A DNA stretch of 63,235 nucleotides, counting the filler, from Platydemus manokwari (lineage: Eukaryota), in assembly GCA_037951405.1 (NCBI GenBank). It is 6 parts of 6 records of this genome, joined end to end, with 100 filler letters (N's around TTAATTAATTAA, not from the genome) between each part and the next. Parts side by side here need not be neighbours in the genome. Positions count along the whole stretch, not along the records: positions 54,465 to 63,235 come from JBBMOY011352426.1; 5 more parts are not named here. One strand, 5' to 3'. Shown here piece by piece: positions 54,365 through 63,235 of the stretch. How positions within the stretch are numbered: position 1 is the first letter of the stretch; every line of letters begins with the position of its first letter. A program made the translations under genes and the position numbers. The notes beneath the pieces are model-generated. The model was not told the origin of the DNA. It did not search any database and was given only the letters and a program-made list of their open reading frames with translations.

Positions 54365-54464
54365 NNNNNNNNNNNNNNNNNNNNNNNNNNNNNNNNNNNN
54401 NNNNNNNNTTAATTAATTAANNNNNNNNNNNNNNNNNNNNNNNNNNNNNNNNNNNNNNNNNNNN
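54365..54464. other. Scaffold gap with TTAATTAATTAA linker, followed by (AAT)n
   Basis: 44N + linker + 44N. Confidence 0.97.
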
Positions 54465-54505
<41 letters not shown>

Positions 54506-56062
54506 GAATAATAATAAATATTAAACATCAGCACCGAACATTTGTTAAAGAGAACCATATAAGTGTATCTCATAATCGTAAAGAATACTTTTCGCCATCT
54601 TGTAATTGAAGAAAATAATTGGTAGCTTAATTTTTATTCACAGTTTCCCGGATAATCTCTATTTTATTTCAGATTAACAGACAAGTCGACGACTAATTAT
54701 TAATGGCAAACTTTCGTATAATTATCTAACTAAATAATAGTTTATTTTTTCTCCATTTCATTAGTAATGCAGTCCTAAATCATATATCAATGTAATTAAT
54801 AGAGCCGGTTCACTGCAGTTAAAGTTTTGTTTATTTAGAATTTTTGTAAACGTTTTTGAAATTAACATTTTGTCGTCTTCTTGAAATATCATTGACACGA
54901 ACTTATAACAAATCAAAACTAAAAAAAGTTATTAACTTTAATAAATCACTAAGCTCATTGTGTTAAGGATCACCCACCATCTCTCAGCTCCAAATAAGTA
55001 ATCATGTAAAATTAATAAGAATGAAATTTGATGTTAAATTAATTTTAATTATTAAACAAGACATTAACATTCAAGTATAAAATAAATTGCTAACAGCCAA
55101 CACTAAATTTAAAATAAAAGTAAAAATAAAAATTTTAAATTACTAAAAATGGACAAAATAGAATAATGATGATTTTGGAGATTAAGAATTACTAAAAATA
55201 GTAAATAAAATGCCAACAATTCGACCAATTAATCATCAGGACAAATAAATAGTTTATATAGGAAATAAATTTACAGAGAATTGCTCAAAAAATGTAAGAA
55301 ATATCAAACAAGAAAACTTGAAACGTCATTTGAGAAACAGCATCTTTGACAGTAGATCACATTCAGGAGAATTTAGCACCGAAATGAATCATTATCAACA
55401 TTTCCACACTCATATCCTCTCAAATAAAATTTTAGTTTTCTGAGTAAAGTCTGTCGCGCGCTTAACCCGTTCTGACATTTTTTTTAATCTTCATTCTTTT
55501 GATAAACTTTGTCGATTAGATGATTAACCTCGTTCTATCGACCTTCTCCTTTTAATTAAATACTCCAAATTGATATTTAAACACGAATTAATTAGGTATT
55601 TGAGCTTGATCTATTATATCAATGATTTCATTTTAAAATCCTAATAAATTATATCTATTTCATTCATTTATTTGTTTTAAATTTTATTATTATCATCCAT
55701 ATTATAACTTATATTTAGATGAAACGCAACCAAAACTTAAAATATAAATACAAATATACACCAAGGAACACCAAACCCACATCAAGAAAATTTTATAATT
55801 GCTATTACAATATTAACTAAAGAATATCTAGATAAAGCGCGAAATAGAAGAATTATAAATTTAAAGTCATTGGTGAATTACTTTTGATAATTTAGTTCCT
55901 GTACTTGTTCTCATATTATTTAAAGTAGTTTTTTTGGGATCAATAGAACCAGGCATCGATTCAGAATAATAATAATAATACAGTTTAATAAAATAAAAAC
56001 CCATCATTATAATGATTTCAAATTTAGAAATATCACAAATTCATTTTATCAAAATCATTTAC

Positions 56063-59000
56063 TTTATTAATTCTCTGCAATCGATTGCTGGCTTCAATTG
56101 AGTTCCTTGATCATCATGGTTATAAATGGAACTCTCATTTCTTAGTGTAAAATAAAATGATGTGATCATAACCCCTTTAATATCTTCTGTTATTGGACAG
56201 AAACATTTGATTAATTTGTTTTGATTGCTTGGTAAAAATAATTAATTGAAAGATAAAATTAATATTTTCATTTTACTTTTCATCCAATTCTAAAATTTTA
56301 TTCAAACTAAATCGATAATGATTATCCAAATAAACCAATTTGTAAATTCCCGAACCACATGTAGCGAAAACTTGATTGCTCGAGAAATTGAGATTAGTAA
56401 CTGGAGCATCAGCCAGATGAATCTCATTGAAATCACTGGTCTGTAAGACCTATAAGCCATAATAATACGTGTTAAAATTTTTAGAGTCGAGTCGAGGATT
56501 GCGCACACACACATACACACATATATATATGCATGAAAACACATTTTTCAATATTTAAAACTACTCAACAAATCACATCCATTGATAAACAGTGAATTTT
56601 TAAAGAAAAATGATTTATTAAATACTAAAATTAATATTCAAAATAAACAGTGTCGGTTTTTTGGTCGATTTTATTTGGTTATACAATACATTTTTTGGTT
56701 ATTTATTGTTTCAGTATTCAAATTCAAAAGTTCTGAAAAACTGGACTTTTGAAGACAACTAATTGTGATAAAATGAGATAATTGCTCCTGTAAAATTTGT
56801 GTAATAGGACCAATATAAAACATTGTCGTACATGAACCGACAACACGGGACACACCATAAAGATTGCTTTAGAAGTAAAATTTTACTTGATAATGTGATA
56901 GCATCGAATATGTACCACGTTGACCTGATTTAACAGCAGAGGACAGTAAATAAAAATGCTTACCACACGGAAAATAAATTACAATGGCTTATCTCGAAAA
57001 GTTTTATACAGCGTAGATATCACACACTGGAAATATTTGAGGAATATTGTAATGTTGATTATCCAGATAATGAAGTATTTATGAGATTAAACTGTGTTAC
57101 ATAAATGTGGGTGTTTGAAATATATGTTTTCATCTTTGAATAGTATAGCTGTTTTATCTCATTGTGACTATGGAAAAGTTTAAAAGGATTCTATTAATAG
57201 AAAATCAATAAATTCTTTATAAGTTAAGTTAATCTTCATTTGAGTCCAATTGCCATCGTCACGGATTATGATTAAACGAGTTATTTAACAAAAATTTTAA
57301 ATAAATATCATTTTAAAGTTGCAGTTAAACAATTCAATTTGTTTATCTAATTGATTCTAATATAATGAATGGAAATATATTGTCGAGCAAACTCAATTAA
57401 AAATCTTTACTGTTTCAATGATAAGTATAATGGGAGAATAATTATTTAATGTCTTACAAATGCACTGGTGTATTCAGCTTTGTATAAAATAGATCCATTA
57501 GCTAGTCCCATCATGATGATTGTCGAGTTTTCTCCAACACTAACTTGACACTGTATTACACAATAATACAAATGATTTCATTATTCTAATCTAATATAAC
57601 CATGCATAGAATAGAATCTTCAAATTGAGCCTTGATCAAAGTGAAATCATTTTCCAAGTAATTATACACCCAAAGTTGTCCATTTTGAGTTCCAAGAAAG
57701 ATGATATCATCAAATAATGACATGCTGAGAATTCTGTTTGATTTGGCATCGTTAGAAAACGGTTTACCCTAAAAAGCTTTTAAAATCTTTCATAAAATAC
57801 ATTATAATACAAATAAAAGTTTAATGATGAAATTTTATTGTTCACCAGTACTTATCAATTAATTTCCCAATTTATTTACAATAACAGAATATATTCAGAG
57901 CAAGGAATATTTTTTCTAATTAAAAATGTCTGCTTTTTTTTATTACATTCTATTAATAATATTTATGCATTAAATCATAAATTATATTTTTAATTAATAT
58001 TTTAATTAAATCACTATGATTGATTCACTAACAAAGAAGAACTAGACTGTGTTAAACAATATATTATATAATGTATTTCATAACAAAATCTCCTACTGCA
58101 GTTTCAATAATGAGTTTTGTGACTTGCTTAGCATACTTTCGTCGTTTAATTTTTAATTTATCATCTAAGTACTAATGGAAGCTTTATTCGTCATTTGAGA
58201 AAAATAGTTCTGATCTGTAATGATATTCAATACTTTTATCCAGTTATTGATAAATTTAAACGAGCTCAGTTAATATCACCTCTTGCGTCCTGGGAAAATT
58301 AAAAACACTGGTCAAATATTAAACGAGTTTAATAAAAAATTTATTAAAATAAATTAGAAATTGATAAAATAACTTAAAAAACTATTTACATGTAATGTGA
58401 TACTCTCAATTTACATTCAACTACGTGTGGTTCTTGAAATAAGTGAAACTCAATTGATTGGCTATCTATTTTTAACTATTTATTGGAAATTGCAATCATA
58501 TTCTTTATTAATTAAGTTTTCTATCTTATTGATCAATTTAGGTAATCGAATTTAACCAAAGTTTTTGAAGTGATTTTAAACATTTCATATTTTTTTTAAA
58601 GTTCTTAGTGGTTCATCTATAATGCTTCGATTTTCAATTTACAGTAAGCAACGATTCGATTTTCGATTACGATGATATTAACATAGTTCAACTAAATTGG
58701 ATTGCATAAAATGTAATTTCTAATTTATGTAGAATAAAAAAGAAATAATTTTCAAAATGAAATAGCAATTTTATTGAATTGAGTTAAACGTTTCGTTCGA
58801 AAACTTTCTACAATATGTCAGGCAGTTTTAAAATCCAAGACTATTAGAACCACGAAATTTTTTGTTGAGAAATTTTAGAATAGTAAAAACATAAGTTGTT
58901 TGCATCAATATTTTATTTTATATCAAAATCACACGCGTTTGTTTAAAATATTAAAACAAATCTCATTTTTTATCTGACTTCCCTTTCCCGTTGTTTTTGA

Positions 59001-62000
59001 AATCCTTTTTAGCCACTCAATTCTTTGAGGTTTTGACTGCCCCTGGAAATCAAGAAGAACTTGATGTGGACTTAAAAATTTCAAAATTCTATGACAACCT
59101 TCATAACGATCTCCCTTCTTTATTTTATGTGGTTCTTTCTTCAATAAAACTTCTTCACCAAATCCAAAAATTCTATAACGTCTTTTTTAGCATCGAATTT
59201 CTTTAGGTTTGTGGCTACTGATTTCCGCTGGTTTTCCGTTTCTTGGTTCATTTAGTCGTAACCCATGCTTATTAATTCTTCGTCCAAACAATATTTCGAA
59301 AAGAGAATGTTGAATTGAACTCTGATATGTTGTATTGATGATTAATTTTATCCTCGGTATTAATTTATCCCAAACCTCTTTCTCTGATGCCATCGTTGTT
59401 ACCATCATGTCTCGGACCGTCCTAATCATCCTTTCGGCTAAGCTATTTGCTTGATGTTGGTATGGGGGAAATTCTTGTTTTATTCCAAATCGTGTTGCTG
59501 ATTCTTTCATTTCCGTTCATTCGAAGACTCTACCTCGATAAGTGAGCATTGATTTTGGAGCACCATACTTATAAATCCATTTATCGACGATGGACTTGGA
59601 AATACTTGTTTCGTCTTGTCGAATAAATGGCATTGAGCTTACTAACTTACTGAATCTATTGACAATAACCAACAAATATCTGGTTTTAGTCATAAATTCC
59701 TCAAAGTGTACAACATCAACCACGATCTGTTCCAGAGGACCAAACTCTTCCTTGGGAATCATAATCTCTTTAGTCTGTCCAGTGTATACCTTACGTTTAG
59801 CACAGATTCCATACTTCATGTTCGATGTTTCGTGACATATTTGATCAGAAGTAAATTTTTTGAATGTAATCAACCAATTTCTTATTAGCAATATGGAACA
59901 ACTCCTGATGAAGGTATCTCGTAAGTTTCTGCGAATGAACCTCTGGTACAACAATTCGTTCCTTTTCATTCTCATAATACACTACCATATCTTTAAACAA
60001 TTCATATTTCTCTAAACTGTTAAAATATTTGCTTTTATTGATCGCTGAATTGACTTCTGTTCCTGTTTTCCTTAACCATTTACAAATGGAACCAACGACA
60101 GCATCTTTTTGTTGAATCTTTCTTAGTTCGTCATTATTTGCAATTGAATGCTCGACAACATCATGTATGTCAAGGCTTTGTGATCGGTGCGAGTCACAAA
60201 TTTCTTTCCCAACAGATAATGTTTAAAATGCATAGTAAACTCGTGGATTGCCAAAAGCTATTCCTCTTGGCTCAATAACCTTTTTATGACTGTTAAGGGT
60301 TCTAGAATCATAGGCTATTATTCTCTCTGTTTTATTGTCATCCAGCTGACTTAAAACGACCCAAATCACTCCGAAACTAGCGTCGGTGCCTAAAATCATC
60401 TCTTTGTTTCGATCCGGAAAGGCCAAAATCGGAGCTGTGCATAATTGTTCTTTAAGATTTCCAAAACTTTCCTCACACTCTGTACTCCACTCCAATTTCT
60501 TGTTACTTCCAGTCATCATCGCATATAAAGGATCCGTAATTAATGCGTAGTCCTTGATTAATCTCTAATAATTGCATTATCATAGTGATGCAACTGAGTG
60601 ATGCAACCAGGCCTTATTGCTTCCTTAATCCTCTTTAATTTGTCGTTATTAGTTTCTATACCTTCTGCACTGACCGTATGACCCAGGAAATTCAAATTTC
60701 TAGTACCAAAAGTGCATTTCTCGAGATTGATTTTCGAAACCTGATGATTTAATTAACCTCAATGTTTTATCAAGCTTCTCATTGTGTTCCTCTACTATTT
60801 TTCCATACACTAAAATATTGCATAGATAAACAAGAACGCCTTTGTAAATCAAATCCTTGAATATAGTATTCATTAGACTCTGAAACGTTGCTGGCTCGGT
60901 ACATAATCCAAAAAGTAGTCTGTTAAAACAGAACTGCCCAGTTCTAGTGCTGAACGCAGTTTTCATTTTAGAATCTTCATAATGGTTGGCCTAAATCTAT
61001 CGTGGAGAAAACTGTCGCTCCATACACTGAGTTCAATAACGTTTGGATATCAGGTACCGGTAAAGAAAGCTTCTCAGCCTGTTCGTTTGTTTTCAATATT
61101 AAAACAAATCTCAATTTTTATCTAACTATAATTTTACTTATTAAAAATAATATTCGTTACCTTTTCGTAGTTTATTTTATTTTCATTTGTTTATTGAGGT
61201 AGATTTTATAAAATTTAATAAGAATAATTCAACAGTTAGACAAATTGTAAATATCTTTACACAGATATTGGATAATAATAGCTTGTAGCTTTACCTGAGA
61301 AAATCCACTCATAACATCGAGCCATCGAACTTCTTGTTTAAACTGGTTTCCGTTGGCCAAGAAAACCTCAATTTTTTTATTGTCACTAGTCTATTTAAGA
61401 ATCACATAAGCCATTTCAAATCAAAATGATCACCTTCGTTACCATACATTCTATTCTCGTTTGCTTTGTCAGTGGCCATACATTTTTAATTACAATAAAA
61501 CTAGGACAAATAATAAACTGTTCTAAAATAGAAGCAGTCGGTCGGTCTTCGGGAACCAGTTTCGTGCAATTGTTAATACAATCCTAAATGATTTAATTAA
61601 AATTTAATTTCTATTAATAGAGTAATATAGATTGCCTGCATCCTAGGCCAACTGTCACATCGATAAGTGGAGATTAATTCAGATTGTTTTCCAGGGCGCC
61701 AATGATTTTTCACATCGGCAGGATGATGACCTCTCGTTGCGATATTATATAATAAAATTCCAAACGAAAAAATGTCCGCAGGTAGTTCGTATGAAGACGA
61801 TTTTGTAATAACTTCTGGAGCTTGATATCCATAAGTTCCCTGAGGATTTATAAAACCAAAAGGAGCTACAGGCCTTGAAATTCCATAATCAGCGAGTTTA
61901 ATATTAATCTAAGTTAAACATTATTTTATTAATCTATTAGACTACTGCTTTGGTTAAATATTTATAGTAGTCTTTGGTACAGACATACTGTGTGTACCAC

Positions 62001-62832
62001 AATAAATATATTTGCATAATAATTATCTAAAACTTTTCATATTTGCTGACTTAGATTTCTATTTTATTAAATTTCACATTTCCATTATCATATTTTTTCC
62101 AGTGAAAAAGGCATTTGAAGTGACTTTGATTTTACATTAAAAGGTGTTTATTCATTTTGGGAATATCGAATTTAATGGACTGATATTTGATATGTAAGTC
62201 TTGTTATCTGCTGATTTCTTTGTTTTCTAATTGAGATATTTCGGTTTTAACTACATATTTTTGATATTATATATATATGCATCTTAAAATTGCTTGATGC
62301 GACTTTTAAAGGATTATTTAAGAGAAACATACTATATTTTTTAAAATAATATATAAAGGGGTCATTTATTTGAAATTCAAAGAAAAATAAAATCTTAATT
62401 TTGAATGAATAAAAATAAACTTACTGGAGCTGATAATTCAATACTGAAAACTAAAACATTTTGCATTTTCACATCGCGGTAAATAATACCATTCTTATGA
62501 AGATATCCAATTCCACTGATAACTTGAAATGATATTCGTTGTAGCAATCGTCTGGGAAGTATATAATTTGATAAAATAAATCTCAAATCACGTAAAGGTG
62601 CCAATTCCAAAAGAATTCTTTCTCGATCAACGCCCAATAATTTAATTAGTGATGGATGCTGAATTCGTCTTAATATTTCGATTTCTTGACGCAATAATCG
62701 ATAAGAAGGAGGATCATTGGAGTAATCAATATTATTTATGTATTTTACTGCACATTCTGTTCCCATATAAGATCCCTTATAAACTGACCCATTACCACCT
62801 GATCCGATCAAATATTCCTCAGATTTTTTAAC
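56063..62832 (-). CDS. LRRK: Leucine-rich repeat kinase (LRRK2-like ROCO kinase): kinase and WD40 exons; 5' part outside the window
   Basis: Exons 62425-62832, 61636-61908, 61434-61583, 61295-61390, 57601-57768, 57458-57550, 56277-56449 and 56063-56227, phase-compatible and open. Kinase motifs GSGGNG, CAVK, RLLRQE, HPSLIKLL, IIYRDVK.QNVL, ADYGIS, GYQAPE, WP, P..RPTA. WD40 segments RILSM, GTQNG, DSILC, GLANG, TCGSGIY and IDC are collinear with LRRK2 as recalled. Confidence 0.9.
58929..61090 (-). mobile_element. Degenerate Gypsy/Ty3 pol (RT-RNaseH-integrase) inside a LRRK intron
   Basis: KTAFST...FGLCTEPATFQ...VYLCNILVY (YLDD mutated), FLGH, LCTAPILAFPD, TDAS, YKYGAPKSMLT.RG..F, PYQHQANSLAERMIRT, SLFEILFGR. 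Many frameshifts; no LTRs recognised. Confidence 0.93.
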
Positions 62833-63235
62833 CTGCAAAAAGTAATTAATTAAACTAAACGAAAATAATTAGAAATGTCTTTTAATCAAGAATTTCGTTG
62901 TAGATTTGATTTTATTTGCAAACGTTGAGAAATATTAAACAAGTCGAATATATTATTAACCCATCGGATATTGTCTAAACAACATAAACTTTTTATCATT
63001 AGTGGATATCCGTATCATGTTGTCTTAGGATTGACCTGGTTTTATTTGGAATAGAAATAGATTGAAATAAAAATAATTCTTGAATTATTTAGGTAAGTAA
63101 AGAGTTATAATGTTACAATTCCTATATCGATGGAAAATTATATTCAAGACACACACACACATATATTAGGCTGAGTCAAAAGTTATTCATGTTTTTTAGT
63201 TGTTTAAAGTTTTTGTTTTACCAAATCATTTAAAC

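Noticed and set aside
13969-54464. TTAATTAATTAA palindrome recurring about every 10 kb, which could look like a periodic system
   Set aside because: It is always centred in exactly 44N + 44N, so it is an artificial six-frame-stop scaffold linker and not biology.
11117-62831. Numerous 60-100 aa ORFs in the track (e.g. 11117, 13696, 14714, 16620, 27501, 59590, 62649)
   Set aside because: Antisense shadows of real genes or TEs, or chance ORFs in AT-rich DNA, many with non-ATG starts.
1-63235. CRISPR arrays, rRNA, tRNA, prokaryotic operons
   Set aside because: No repeat-spacer array or recognisable structural RNA was seen; the DNA is eukaryotic and intron-containing.

Overview
Very AT-rich metazoan nuclear DNA (not prokaryotic) with spliceosomal genes whose short introns are 43-62 nt. 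The style resembles a planarian or other flatworm, but that is inference only. Five identical 44N-TTAATTAATTAA-44N blocks are scaffold linkers. Hand-spliced genes: (1) a complete 12-exon ALG8 glucosyltransferase (-, 523 aa); (2) a complete 4-exon HBS1/eRF3/eEF1A-family gene (-, 634 aa) with degenerate GTPase motifs and a candidate Ski7-type FxFxxPS motif, the best candidate for novelty (a Ski7-like pseudo-GTPase); (3) an apparently decayed PXA-RGS-PX-PXC sorting nexin gene (-, about 20.9-32.4 kb); (4) part of an UNC5-type receptor (+; Ig2, TSP1 and TM exons); (5) kinase and WD40 exons of a LRRK (LRRK2-like) gene (-), cut by the window end and with one GC-AG intron. The rest is TE debris (piggyBac, several hAT/Buster elements, two Tigger/pogo, a Sola-like MITE nested in Tigger, mariner, Gypsy remnants, foldback hairpins, tandem repeats). 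There are also two decayed intronless ORFs of an unrecognised family that look related to each other. All homology calls are from motif recognition by eye; no searches were run.
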